DNA of 64,000 nt from Rebecca billardiae RCC1528. Its lineage: Eukaryota > Protista > Haptophyta. Location: positions 1,860,001 to 1,924,000 of the forward strand of contig OZ251235.1 in NCBI GenBank assembly GCA_965240325.2, in the 5' to 3' direction. The notes below the pieces were generated by a model. The model saw only the letters and a list, made by a program, of their open reading frames with translations. It was not told the origin of the DNA and ran no database searches. Below, in pieces: positions 51,716 to 63,329 of this stretch; the stretch's first letter is position 1, and every line of letters begins with the position of its first letter. Made by a program: the position numbers and the translations under genes.

Positions 51716-54700
51716 GCCCGGAACCCGCGCAGGTGCGAGCCACAAACACAACCACTACGGTATCTGATACCACTACTACTACGGAGGCGGCGCGAGGCGC
51801 TGATCCGGCGTGGTTACGCACTTGGTCGGTTCGAACGGGCACCAATGACCAACGTCTACTCGAGCGCACGCGACGCGTGGCCGAGGGGATGGAGGGGGCG
51901 AACGCGCGGCGTGAGCCGCTTGACGAGCAGTCGGCGGCGGGCATGACGCGGCGGTCGTTCGCGGACGCGATGCCGACGGCGCACTACCCTGGGCAGGTGA
52001 CGCACGTCGACATCTTCTCTATGGCGCGGATCGACTTACCAGTTGGGGCCGATGGCGCACGTGGAGGGTATCCTCATGGGATCATATTCATCGATGGGCA
52101 TTCACGTCGATGGCAAGTGTACGCGCTACGCAGCTTGGATGACGCCGAGGTTGGTCGGGCATTCCGCTGGTACGCGCAGTTGCTTGGAACAGGGGCCATG
52201 CACATGTCGCATTGGGTCCTGGCGTCGGGGTGTACTATGGCGCGACGCCATATTCACACCGACGGTGGCTCGACGTTGCTGAGTACGTACGTCGAGGGTG
52301 AGCTGGCGAAGCTTGGGTTCTCGTCGACGGTCACGTCGGCTCCCGACTCGCCGAGCTCGAATGGCGTGGCGGAACGCGCTATCCGCACGCTGAAGTCGAG
52401 ACTGCGCGCCACGGTCGTTGCGCGTGGAGTCTCGAGGGTCGATTGGCACTACGCGGCGTGGCACGCATGCGCGTCGCGCAATCGACTGGCGTCACGTGGT
52501 ATTATTCGTGACGATGGAGACATTGAGTGGCTCACGCCGGATGAGCTGTTCTTTGGCAAACGCCCGACGTGGAAGCATCACGTGGCGTTTGGAGCGCGCT
52601 GCCGCGTGCTGATGCTGGGCGCACGGCGCAATGCATTGGGGCAGCTGAGGCAGCGCGCACTACCCGGACGTGTCTATCTCTGGGGTGGGCACGGCGTGCA
52701 GTGGCGCGGTACATGGCGCTACGTACTCGGGTACGTATGTCGTTTAGACGACGGACGTCTCGTTCACTCACGTGACGTACGCATCGACGAGACCGACCTG
52801 GTCGAGGGGGGGCACTCGTCGCTGGGCGCACCTGACGGTGGCGCGTACGTGGGTGATGGTGACGGCGCCGCGGTAAGCGGCGGACTTCGTCCGGTCGGTG
52901 GTGACGCCGACTGTGAGGACGAGGACGGCGACGGCGGCGAGACGCCAGCCGACGCCGGGAATGACGACGCGACAGAGTTCGACGTCGGGTACGACGACGA
53001 CGCAGATGCGTCAACGTCGGGGCGCGGGCGCAGCAGCGTGGACGCGGGACATCGCGGGTGCAGCAGCGCTGGCGCAGAGCCGTCGACGCCGACGCCGCAG
53101 GGCGGGCGTGACGGGGCAGGCGCGTCGATGACGCAGCCGGGTCGGCAGGATCAGATACCGCCGACGGAATCACGGCGCGGGGCCGCAGCAGATGCTGGCG
53201 GGCCGCCGCGCGGCGCAGACGGTGACGACGGCGTGATCGAGGACGCGCCGCCGCCCGGTCTGGATATGGGACACGATCCGCTTCGCAGGGATCGGACGTC
53301 GCGCCGACGGCCGCAGCTGCTTACTGCCGTCGTCAGCGCCGCGTCGGTGTTCCAGAAGATCAACGTGAAGGTGCCGACGAACTATCGCGAGGCGATGCGG
53401 TCGGCGGAGGCGCCCCAGTGGCAGGGCGCCATGCTCGAGCACTTGGAAGGTCACAAGTTGCTCGGCACCTCGGAAGAGGTGGTGGTTCCGGAGGGCACGC
53501 GGGTGTTGCCGAGCCAATGGGTCTTTGACGTCAAGTCGAACCCGGAGGGCGAGGTGACGCGCTTCAAGGCGCGGTCGGTGCTACTGGGGAACCTACAGCG
53601 GCCGGGGATCGACTTTCAGGAGGTCTTTGCTCCGACGATCCGGCCGGAACAAGTGCGACTACTCGTTGCGATCGCCGCTCAGCAGGCGGGCGCGAGGGTC
53701 GACTTGGGAGCAGCGTCGGTTGCGGCGCTGGGCATACTGTCGAAGGGCGACGTCAAGGACGCGTACCTCAACTCGGAGTTGAAGCCGGATGAGCGGCCTC
53801 TCTTCTCATTCCCGCCGGGCTACGTGCCGAGCACGCAGGCGCCGCCGGGGTACAAAGTCGTGGGCCGGAGCCTCAAGGCGTATCCGGGTCTACGCCAGTC
53901 TGGGCGCGCGTGGCATCGCACGCACCGCACCCAGCTGCTCGCGCGCGGCTTCTCGGAGTGTCCGAGTGCGCCGTGCATCTACGTCAAGGAGTCGGCGCCG
54001 GGCGAGTTCATCATCGCGGGCGGCTTTGTCGACGACTTGCTGTTTCTCAACCTGACGCGCGACGCGCGCGCGGTGGAGAAGCTGGCGGCTGACCTGAAGG
54101 AGCATTACGAGATCAAGCTGAGTGAGCGGCTCGATAAGTTCCTGGGCGCCGTGTTTGAAGTTCATGACGACGGCATCCTGATGCATCTGGGGCCGTACGT
54201 CGAGAGCGTGCTTCAGCGGTTCGGTTTGAACGCGAGCACGCCGGCGCGCACGCCGGAGCCGGCGGCGCGGGCGCAGCTGAGCGACGACGATGAGGCGTTG
54301 CTGCAGCGCGCGGAGATTGAGAACTACCAGGCGATGGTGGGATGTCTCATGTTTGCGATGGTCACGGCGCGGCCGGACATCGCGCACGCGGTGAACATGC
54401 TGACGCGACGCATGTCACGTCCGCGGGCGGTGGATCTGGTAAGTGCGAAGCGCGTGCTGCGCTACTTACGTGGATGCCCGCGATTGGGAATCTTGTTCAA
54501 GTTTGCGACAGATTCCGAGCACCCCGACCTACTTGCTTTCGCTGACTCCGATTGGGCAAGCAATCCGGTGGAGACCAAGGGCAGGTCGACGGGTGGATAC
54601 ATTGTGTTCTACAATGGTGCGCCGGTGTCGTGGCACAGCGGGCTGCAAGGTACAGTCTCGCTGAGCTCGACGGAGGCGGAGTACGTCGCGCTGAGCGATT

Positions 54701-55017
54701 GCTGCCGCGAGGTGAGCTACTTGCGGAGCATACTCGAGTCCATGCGGCAGCCGCCGCGGGGCGCGACGGAGGTGCGAGAGGACAACAAGGGGGCAATCGA
54801 CCTCGTGGAGAATCCTGTGCACCACAAGCGCTCGAAGCACATCGAGATCAAGCATCACTATGTGCGTGACGCGCAGGAGAGTGGCAAGGTGAAGGTGGTC
54901 AAGGTACACACCTCACTCAACCACTCTGACATCATGACGAAGGCGACGGACGGTGCGACGTTCAAGCGGCACGTCGACGCCATCATGGTGGACCGACACC
55001 CGACGCGCGCGCGGTAA
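51703..55017 (+). CDS. pol: Copia Pol (integrase-RT-RNase H) in the -1 frame relative to ORF1
   Basis: IN: HVDIF..IFIDGHSR..HTDGG..NGVAERAIRTL. RT: WVFDVK..RFKAR..GIDFQEVFAP..DVKDAYL..GLRQSGRAW..FVDDLL. RH: ADSDWA..STEAEY..EDNKGAI..RSKHIEIKHH. Confidence 0.93.
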   Translation, partial: PKRLSPEPAQVRATNTTTTVSDTTTTTEAARGADPAWLRTWSVRTGTNDQRLLERTRRVAEGMEGANARREPLDEQSAAGMTRRSFADAMPTAHYPGQVTHVDIFSMARIDLPVGADGARGGYPHGIIFIDGHSRRWQVYALRSLDDAEVGRAFRWYAQLLGTGAMHMSHWVLASGCTMARRHIHTDGGSTLLSTYVEGELAKLGFSSTVTSAPDSPSSNGVAERAIRTLKSRLRATVVARGVSRVDWHYAAWHACASRNRLASRGIIRDDGDIEWLTPDELFFGKRPTWKHHVAFGARCRVLMLGARRNALGQLRQRALPGRVYLWGGHGVQWRGTWRYVLGYVCRLDDGRLVHSRDVRIDETDLVEGGHSSLGAPDGGAYVGDGDGAAVSGGLRPVGGDADCEDEDGDGGETPADAGNDDATEFDVGYDDDADASTSGRGRSSVDAGHRGCSSAGAEPSTPTPQGGRDGAGASMTQPGRQDQIPPTESRRGAAADAGGPPRGADGDDGVIEDAPPPGLDMGHDPLRRDRTSRRRPQLLTAVVSAASVFQKINVKVPTNYREAMRSAEAPQWQGAMLEHLEGHKLLGTSEEVVVPEGTRVLPSQWVFDVKSNPEGEVTRFKARSVLLGNLQRPGIDFQEVFAPTIRPEQVRLLVAIAAQQAGARVDLGAASVAALGILSKGDVKDAYLNSELKPDERPLFSFPPGYVPSTQAPPGYKVVGRSLKAYPGLRQSGRAWHRTHRTQLLARGFSECPSAPCIYVKESAPGEFIIAGGFVDDLLFLNLTRDARAVEKLAADLKEHYEIKLSERLDKFLGAVFEVHDDGILMHLGPYVESVLQRFGLNASTPARTPEPAARAQLSDDDEALLQRAEIENYQAMVGCLMFAMVTARPDIAHAVNMLTRRMSRPRAVDLVSAKRVLRYLRGCPRLGILFKFATDSEHPDLLAFADSDWASNPVETKGRSTGGYIVFYNGAPVSWHSGLQGTVSLSSTEAEYVALSDCCREVSYLRSILESMRQPPRGATEVREDNKGAIDLVENPVHHKRSKHIEIKHHYVRDAQESGKVKVVKVHTSLNHSDIMTKATDGATFKRHVDAIMVDRHPTRAR

Positions 55018-55053
55018 GCGGCGCAGCTCGCGGCTATGGCTGTCGAGGGGGGG

Positions 55054-55660
55054 TGTTGAGCTGACGCGGCCTGGGGCGCGCATCTCAGCAGATGGCGTCG
55101 CCGCTGGGACGTCAGGGCCGGCGCCGCACCAGGCGGGCCGGCGTCATCAGCTACGGAGCAGTGGCTGGCTGGCGGCGCGCGCGCGCGGCGCGCGCGGCGG
55201 CAGGAGCGCGAGCGCAGCAGCGCTGGCGCGGATCGACGTGGACGCGGAGCGCGGACGCGGCAGCGCGGACGCGGAGCGACACGGACGCGGCGCGTGCGCG
55301 GGCGGTACGGCCCGGCGCAGCGCGACACGGTGACGTCGCACGGGCATGGCCCGGACGCCATCGTGGGAGTCCATCCGGATTTCCACTTTCGGAAAAGTGG
55401 GAATCCGGCTGAGGGTGGACGGACGAGGACGTCCGGGAGTTACGTCGGGACGGGCGGTTTTCGGGAAGGTAACGCATTCCCCGGAGCCGGCCGCGACGTG
55501 GTCACCCCGCGACCAAAAGGTCGGCGGGAGGTTAGCTTGTCCTCGTCAGAGGAGCGAGGGTCGAGATTGCCTTCGTGGGCGTCACCGACGACGCGCCCGA
55601 GGACGTGCCGGTGAGCTCTTAGCAGGGCTCGAGACGCTCGGAGCTCGCGTTTACCCAATA
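55054..55660 (+). repeat. 3' LTR
   Basis: Direct repeat of 48488-49094, preceded by the polypurine tract GAGGGGGGG. Confidence 0.95.
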
Positions 55661-56147
55661 TGATGTATTCATTTATTCATTTATTCGTCGTAGTCGGCCA
55701 CTGGCCGATGAACGGGCAAAAGTGGGCATCCTGTGGCCGACGGGTTGGCCGACGCCCGTCGAGGCTTGATTCGCACACAGGTCGCGCGCGGTCTGTGACA
55801 GTCCGAGGCTGAGCACTTTCAGTCGTCCAGCTAGAGTTCCAGGGGCGACGAGTATTCGTCAGCCGCATCCGCCGCATCGCGTACTACGTCTACGCTGCTA
55901 TACTCGATATATCGTCGCGCGAATTATAATTTATTAATCGCGACACTATTATAATATATAGTATAATCATGCATTACTACTGATCAGCCCTTATCAGGGG
56001 CGGCTCTGCCTGGCGGGCTGGCTCATAGGCCCGTGCTCGTCCGTGTAGCGGCTTCTGGCGGTTCAGCCGTCAAATACTTATATATGAACTTTAACAATCA
56101 ACGCAGATTCACGTCATGCAAGTTTGATGACATACATGCATGCATCC

Positions 56148-57846
56148 TCACGGCTCGCCGCCGCCGCGGCCAGCTTGCGACGGCGCGTCGTCTTCGCCAG
56201 CGTCGTCCGCGTCGTCAGGTTCGTCAGCCTCCGCAGCCTCCGCAGCCTCCGCATCAGTGCTGGCAGCCTCCGCATCAGCCCCCGCAGCCTCCGCATCGAT
56301 CACTCCGTACCCGTCGCCCGCGGCCGCCGATCCGATCCTGGTGCCACCCGCGCGGCCAGCCTCGTCCGCGCCGGGCACGACTGCTGCGCTGCCGCGCACC
56401 AGCGGCGCATGCTTGTGGTGAGCTCCAGCAGACTGCGCGGGCTCCGCGCCCTCCGCCTCATCGTGCGCGCCCGCGCCCGCCTCCTCGTCACCGCCGGCGC
56501 CCAGGCCGCCGCCGCCGAGGCGCGGGCTTCGCGCACACGCGCCGTGCGTGAGTGACGGCAGTGCGTCCGCGTCCGTCGACGCGGAGACCCAATCCCGCGA
56601 GATCGCAATCTCGCCCCACGCGGTGGGCGGCTGCGCGAGCTGCGCGGCCGAGCCGTCCGCCGAGTGTAATCTCACCGCCTGCAGCGTCGCCGCCGCCGCG
56701 GCGCGCCCGTCGCATTCGGGCCTCCCCAGCATGTCCGCCGCGCCCGGTGGCCCGTGCATCTCGACGACTGGACAGCGGTACAGCGGGGCGTATGCGTCGG
56801 CGCGCACCTGCCGCCGGCCCAGCTTGAGGAAGTTGTCCTGCGGCGCGGGGAAGGAGGGGCGGCGGCGCACGCGGGGCGCGTGCGTGTGCCCGCGCGGCGC
56901 GTCGGCACACGCTTGGCGCGCCTTCGCTCTCGCCCTGCCTCCGCGCCGCCCCTCGCGCACGCGCACACGCCCAGCCGTGCGCAGACCCGCCATCGCAGCC
57001 GGGCGCGCACGCGCGCCCTCCGCCTGGCCCCGTCCCCGGCGCGGCAGCCCGGGCGCGCGGCAGCGGAGCCTGGCACCGTCCCCGCCGCGGCAGCCCGGGC
57101 GCGCGGCAGCGGCGCCTGGCACCGTCCCCGCCGCGGCAGCCCGGGCGCGCGGCGGCTGCGCGTACCTGAATCCAGAGCTGTGCAATGTTGAGAAGGAGCG
57201 GCGCGGCGAGCATGACGACGACGAGCTCGACGTGCGGGAAGGGCTTGAGCGGCGCGAGCAGCACCCTCCCAGCCGCCATCAGCGGCGCGGCGCGCAGCGT
57301 CACCAGCGCGCACAGCACCTTGGACGCGAAGACCACAGACACCCACAAGAACAGCTGGTGCGCCCAGCGGCCGAGCGCGGGCGGGCTGCCGTAGTACCCC
57401 GTGTTGGCGCAGTTGCGCAGCGTGTGCGGGCAGCAGCACGACTCGGCCGCGCAGACGAGCCCGCGCTCGCACGCGCGCAGCAGCGAGTACGACACCGCCG
57501 TGCCCACCGCGACATCGAACATGAGATTCACGACGTAAATGACACACGGGTCTGAGCCCTCGTCTGCCGGCGGCAGGCGCCCGCGCGGCGCACCGCCTGA
57601 TGCGACAGGCGGCGCGGGCGAGGAGGGCGGGGCGGCCTGCTCGTCACCGACCACCTCGGCGAGCGCCATGTTCATCACGTGGATCAGCCCCGCAGATAGC
57701 GCCTGCTTGCTCGTGTCGAAGAGCCAGATGCGAAGCTTGCGTTGCGGCCGCTCGCGCGCGCGCTTGTACAGCAGCGACGTGAAGGAGCCCAGGCCGAGGA
57801 AGGCCTGAACGGAGAGGGAGAAGCCGTCGAGTAGCTGGCACGGCAT
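56148..57846 (-). CDS. STIMATE/TMEM110-family (YPL162C-like) membrane protein; exons 57846-57166 and 56837-56148
   Basis: CQLLDGFSLSVQAFLG...LLYKRARERPQRKLRIWLFDTSKQ...DPCVIY..N...D...YGSPP. Splicing the GT-AG intron gives QLWIQ|DNFLK. Confidence 0.85.
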
Positions 57847-58409
57847 CGTCCGGGCGGCGGCACACGCGAGCCCGCGCCCGCGTCCACGGCCACCCCTGCG
57901 AACGCAGCCCACCGCAGCACGATGCAGGCTGAGCAGACCACTCGCCGGGTTGGCGCACTGGTGCTGACGAGATCGAGAGCAAAAAGCAGCCGGACGACGA
58001 GTTTTGGGGTTTTTTGGGTTCTCGCGCGCCCGACGATCTTCGTGGCGGGCGCTGCCCCGCCGTGACGTCTGGTGCGCCCCCCGAGTTTTGCCAGAATCAG
58101 GGGTGTCCAGGAAGCCTCCCCCACCACGCTCTAGAGGCACCTAGAGCGGGGGCACCTTAGATTCCTGGCTGAGCGGTCTTTTACCCATCTGTAGGGACAC
58201 TTCCGGAAGGTACCTGGAGCGGTGGTTGTGACCTATGCGCAATGATGCGTGCCGACTCGTATAGATATCCATACGCAACGACAGCGATCCGTCCAGTACG
58301 ACGAGAGTGGATCTGATACCGCCAGAAGACAGGAGTAGACAGGCGCCGCGTGGCTGCGGCGCAGCCGCCGCGCGCCAGTCGTGCGGCGGCCAGCGGCGCG
58401 GCCGGGAGG

Positions 58410-61400
58410 AGCCCCCCCCGTGTCAGTGATACAGGCAGATACAGTGATACAGTGATACACGGGTGGCCTGTAGTTCGGGTGCCGGCAGTCCGGGCGCGGA
58501 CCGGGCGGCGCGCGCGGCGGCGGCTTGGCAAGGAGGGCCCCCCGTATCAGTGATACAGGCAGATACAGTAATACAGTGATACACGGGCCTGGCCTGTAGT
58601 CCGGATGGCGGCAGTCCGGAAGCGGACGGCGGCGCGCGCGACGCGGCAGCTGGCAAGGAGGCCCCCCGTATCAGTGATACAGGCAGATACAGTGATACTG
58701 ATACAGTGATACACGGGCCTGGCCTGTAGTCCGGATGGCGGCAGTCCGGAAGCGGACGGCGGCGCGCGCGGCGCGGCAGCTGGCAAGGAGGCCCCCCCGT
58801 ATCAGTGATACAGGCAGATACAGTGATACAGTGATACAGGAGGCCTGCTTTAGTCCGGATGGCGGTAGTCCGGGAGCGGACGGCGGCGCGCGCGGCGCGG
58901 CAGCTGGCAAGGAGGCCCCCCGTATCAGTGATACAGGCAGATACAGTGATACAGTGATACACGGGCCTGGCCTGTAGTCCGGATGGCGGCAGTCCGGGAG
59001 CGGACGGCGGCGCGCGCGGTGGCGGCTTGGCAAGGAGGCCCCCCCGTATCAGTGATACAGGCAGATACAGTGATACAGTGATACACGGGCCTGGCCTGTA
59101 GTCCGGATGGCGACAGTCCGGGAGCGGACGGCGGCGCGCGCGGCGGCGGCTTGGCAAGGAGGGCCCCCCGTATCAGTGATACAGGCAGATACAGTGATAC
59201 AGTGATACACGGGGTGGCCTGTAGTCCGGGTGCCGGCAGTCCGGGCGCGGACGGCGGCGCGCGCGGTGGCGGCTTGGCAAGGAGGCCCCCCGTATCAGTG
59301 ATACAGGCAGATACAGTGATACAGTGATACAGGAGGCCTGCTTTAGTCCGCGGATGGCGGTAGTCCGGGAGCGGACGGCGGCGCGCGCGGTGGCGGCTTG
59401 GCAAGGAGGCCCCCCGTATCAGTGATACAGGCAGATACAGTGATACAGTGATACAGGAGGGCCTGCTTTAGTCCGGATGGCGGTAGTCCGGGAGCGGACG
59501 GCGGCGCGCGCGGTGGCGGCTTGGCAAGGTCAGGCAAGGAGGCCCCCCGTATCAGTGATACAGGCAGATACAGTGATACAGTGATACACGGGCCTGGCCT
59601 GTGGTCCGGATGGCGGCAGTCCGGGAGCGGACGGCGGCGCGCGCGGCGCGGCAGCTGGCAAGGAGGCCCCCCGTATCAGTGATACAGGCAGATACAGTGA
59701 TACAGTGATACAGGAGTGAGGCCTGCTGTGGTCCGGGTGGCGGCAGTCCGGGAGCGGACGGCGGCGCGCGCGGCGGCGGCTTGGCAAGGAGGCCCCCCGT
59801 ATCAGTGATACAGGCAGATACAGTGATACAGTGATACAGCAGGTGGCCTGGTAGTCCGGGTGGCGACAGTCCGGGAGCGGACGGCGGCGCGCGCGGCGGC
59901 GGCTTGGCAAGGAGGCCCCCCGTATCAGTGATACAGGCAGATACAGTGATACAGTGATACAGCAGGTGGCCTGGTAGTCCGGGTGGCGACAGTCCGGGAG
60001 CGGACGGCGGCGCGCGCGGAGGCGGCTAGTGGCAAGGAGGCCCCCCGTATCAGTGATACAGGCAGATACAGTGATACAGTGATACACGGGCCTGGCCTGT
60101 AGTCCGGATGGCGGCAGTCCGCGAGCGGACGGCGGCGCGCGCGGCGGCGGCTTGGCAAGGAGGCCCCCCCGTATCAGTGATACAGGCAGATACAGTGATA
60201 CAGTGATACAGGAGGCCTGCTTTAGTCCGGATGGCGGTAGTCCGGGAGCGGACGGCGGCGCGCGCGGTGGCGGCTTGGCAAGGAGGCCCCCCGTATCAGT
60301 GATACAGGCAGATACAGTGATACAGTGATACAGGAGGCCTGCTTTAGTCCGGATGGCGGTAGTCCGGGAGCGGACGGCGGCGCGCGCGGTGGCGGCTTGG
60401 CAAGGAGGCCCCCCGTATCAGTGATACAGGCAGATACAGTGATACAGTGATACAGGAGGCCTGCTTTAGTCCGGATGGCGGTAGTCCGGGAGCGGACGGC
60501 GGCGCGCGCGGCGCGGCAGCTGGCAAGGAGGCCCCCCGTATCAGTGATACAGGCAGATACAGTGATACAGTGATACACGGGCCTGGCCTGTAGTCCGGAT
60601 GGCGGCAGTCCGGGAGCGGACGGCGGCGCGCGCGGCGGCGGCTTGGCAAGGAGGGCCCCCCGTATCAGTGATACAGGCAGATACAGTGATACAGTGATAC
60701 ACGGGTGGCCTGTACGGTCCGGCTGCCGGCAGTCCGGGCGCGGACGGCGGCGCGCGCGGAGGCGGCTTGGCAAGGAGGCCCCCCGTATCAGTGATACAGG
60801 CAGATACAGTGATACAGTGATACAGGAGGCCTGCTTTAGTCCGGATGGCGGTAGTCCGGGAGCGGACGGCGTCGCGCGCGGTGGCGGCTTGGCAAGGTCA
60901 GGCAAGGAGGCCCCCCGTATCAGTGATACAGGCAGATACAGTGATACAGTGATACACGGGCCTGGCCTGTAGTCCGGATGGCGGCAGTCCGGGAGCGGAC
61001 GGCGGCGCGCGCGGAGGCGGCTTGGCAAGGAGGCCCCCCGTATCAGTGATACAGGCAGATACAGTGATACAGTGATACACGGGCCTGGCCTGTAGTCCGG
61101 ATGGCGACAGTCCGGGAGCGGACGGCGGCGATAGCGGCGGCGGCTTGGCAAGGAGGGCCCCCCGTATCAGTGATACAGGCAGATACAGTGATACAGTGAT
61201 ACACGGGCCTGGCCTGTAGTCCGGATGGCGACAGTCCGGGAGCGGACGGCGGCGCGCGCGGCGGCGGCTTGGCAAGGAGGGCCCCCCGTATCAGTGATAC
61301 AGGCAGATACAGTGATACAGTGATACAGGAGGCCTGCTTTAGTCCGGATGGCGGTAGTCCGGGAGCGGACGGCGGCGCGCGCGGTGGCGGCTTGGCAAGG

Positions 61401-61860
61401 AGGCCCCCCGTATCAGTGATACAGGCAGATACAGTGATACAGTGATACAGGAGGCCTGCTTTAGTCCGCGGATGGCGGTAGTCCGGGAGCGGACGGCGGC
61501 GCGCGCGGTGGCGGCTTGGCAAGGAGGCCCCCCGTATCAGTGATACAGGCAGATACAGTGATACAGTGATACAGGAGGCCTGCTTTAGTCCGGATGGCGG
61601 TAGTCCGGGAGCGGACGGCGGCGCGCGCGGTGGCGGCTTGGCAAGGTCAGGCAAGGAGGCCCCCCGTATCAGTGATACAGGCAGATACAGTGATACAGTG
61701 ATACACGGGCCTGGCCTGTGGTCCGGATGGCGGCAGTCCGGGAGCGGACGGCGGCGCGCGCGGCGCGGCAGCTGGCAAGGAGGCCCCCCGTATCAGTGAT
61801 ACAGGCAGATACAGTGATACAGTGATACAGCAGGTGGCCTGGTAGTCCGGGTGGTGGCAG
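58410..61860 (+). repeat. Satellite block 1: ~28 tandem units of ~123 bp
   Basis: The core CCCCCGTATCAGTGATACAGGCAGATACAGTGATACAGTGATACA recurs every ~122-133 bp, separated by related GC-rich variant segments. Confidence 0.95.
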
Positions 61861-62504
61861 TCTGGAGTCTGGGCGTGTGCCGGCGAGTGCCGGCGGCAGC
61901 AGAGTTGAGCAGTCCGGGCGCGGACAGGGACGATTGCGGCGGCCTGAACAGGGAGTTCCCGGCCCCGACGGTTGTAAAGTTGGCTCGCCTGCGTGCCGCG
62001 GATGATCAGTCAACGGTGAGCAAGACGGGGGGGGCGGGGCGGGGGGCGACACGGCACGAGGCCCTGACGGCCGAGCTGGCTGGCGAGCCGTTGTGCGCCG
62101 CAGCATACGCAGCGCCGCACGCGCGCTGCCGGCGAGGGCACGGGCGGTGATCAGACACGGCGGCGGCCAGCAGGCACGGTGCCGGCTCTCGCCTGCGCGC
62201 TCGGCCCGCAGGGCGCGTGCCAGTCAGTCATTGGCGCGGCAGCCGGCGGCGGCTGCGACGTGCCGTCAGCGGCCGCCGCGAGCGTGCGTGGCGACAACTG
62301 CAGCGATGCCTGGCTGTCGCGGTGCGGCTCGCAGAACAGCGCACGGGCGCCACGTCTCCATCACGCCACGGCTCCAGCGCGCCCTGACGCGGCCCGGCAC
62401 TCACGCCCACACGAGCTGCGAAGACGCGCGCCTTGCCATCGCGCGAGAGTGGGGGTCGTCGGGCCCGGCCGCGAATCGCCGGCCGTTTTGAAACCCGCTG
62501 CCGC

Positions 62505-63135
62505 TGTATCACTGTATCACTGTATCTGCCTGTATCACTGCCGCCGCGCCGCGCCGCCGTCCACCCGGACTGCCGCCACCCGGACTACAGGCCACCTGTA
62601 TCACTGTATCACTGTATCTGCCTGTATCACTGATACGGGGGGGCTCCTCCCGGCCGCGCCGCCGCGCCGCGCCGCCGTCCACCCGGACTGCCGCCACCCG
62701 GACTACAGGCCACCTGTATCACTGTATCACTGTATCTGCCTGTATCACTGATACGGGGGGGCTCCTCCCGGCCGCGCCGCCGCGCCGCGCCGCCGTCCAC
62801 CCGGACTGCCGCCACCCGGACTACACTCTACAGGCCACCTGTATCACTGTATCACTGTATCTGCCTGTATCACTGATACGGGGGGGGCTCCTCCCGGCCG
62901 CGCCGCCGCGCCGGGCCGCCGTCCACCCGGACTGCCGCCACCCGGACTACAGGCCACCTGTATCACTGTATCACTGTATCTGCCTGTATCACTGATACGG
63001 GGGCGGGCTCCTCCGCCGGCCGCGCCGCCGCGCCGCGCCGCCGTCCACCCGGACTGCCGCCACCCGGACTACAGGCCACCTGTATCACTGTATCACTGTA
63101 TCTGCCTGTATCACTGATACGGCGGGGGGCTCCCG
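62505..63135 (-). repeat. Satellite block 2: ~6 units in inverted orientation
   Basis: TGTATCACTGTATCACTGTATCTGCCTGTATCACTG(ATACGGGGG) repeats with a ~118-125 bp period. Confidence 0.93.
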
Positions 63136-63329
63136 TCCCGGCCACCGCGCCGGCTCCGCACGCCCGCCGCCGGCCCCGGACTCAGGCGCGGACTTCCGTC
63201 GCCCGGACTCTGAAATCCGGTGCCAAGCCCGGGGGCGGGTGGCGGCGGCAGTCCGGGCATCCGGCGCGGCGGGCGGACGGCGCGCCCAGTGGGCGACGCT
63301 GCGCGGCCCGACGGTCGTCAGCCGGCCGA

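Larger units (their letters stand above)
48488..55660 (+). mobile_element. Full-length, very young Ty1/copia LTR retrotransposon, 5-bp TSD TGATG
   Basis: 607-bp LTRs with one difference spotted (T48722 vs C55288). TGATG at 48483-48487 and 55661-55665, a G-rich PPT before the 3' LTR, and domain order PR-IN-RT-RH. Confidence 0.97.

Noticed and set aside
48480-55665. LTRs ending in canonical CA with an 8-bp TSD (ATATGATG)
   Set aside because: Formally possible, but ATA also follows in the 5' LTR, TGTTG...CAATA is the natural terminal inverted pair, and 5 bp is the copia norm. The extra match comes from the (TA)n flank.
58410-61860. CRISPR array
   Set aside because: The segments between conserved cores are homologous variants of each other, not unique spacers. 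No cas genes are present and the context is eukaryotic.
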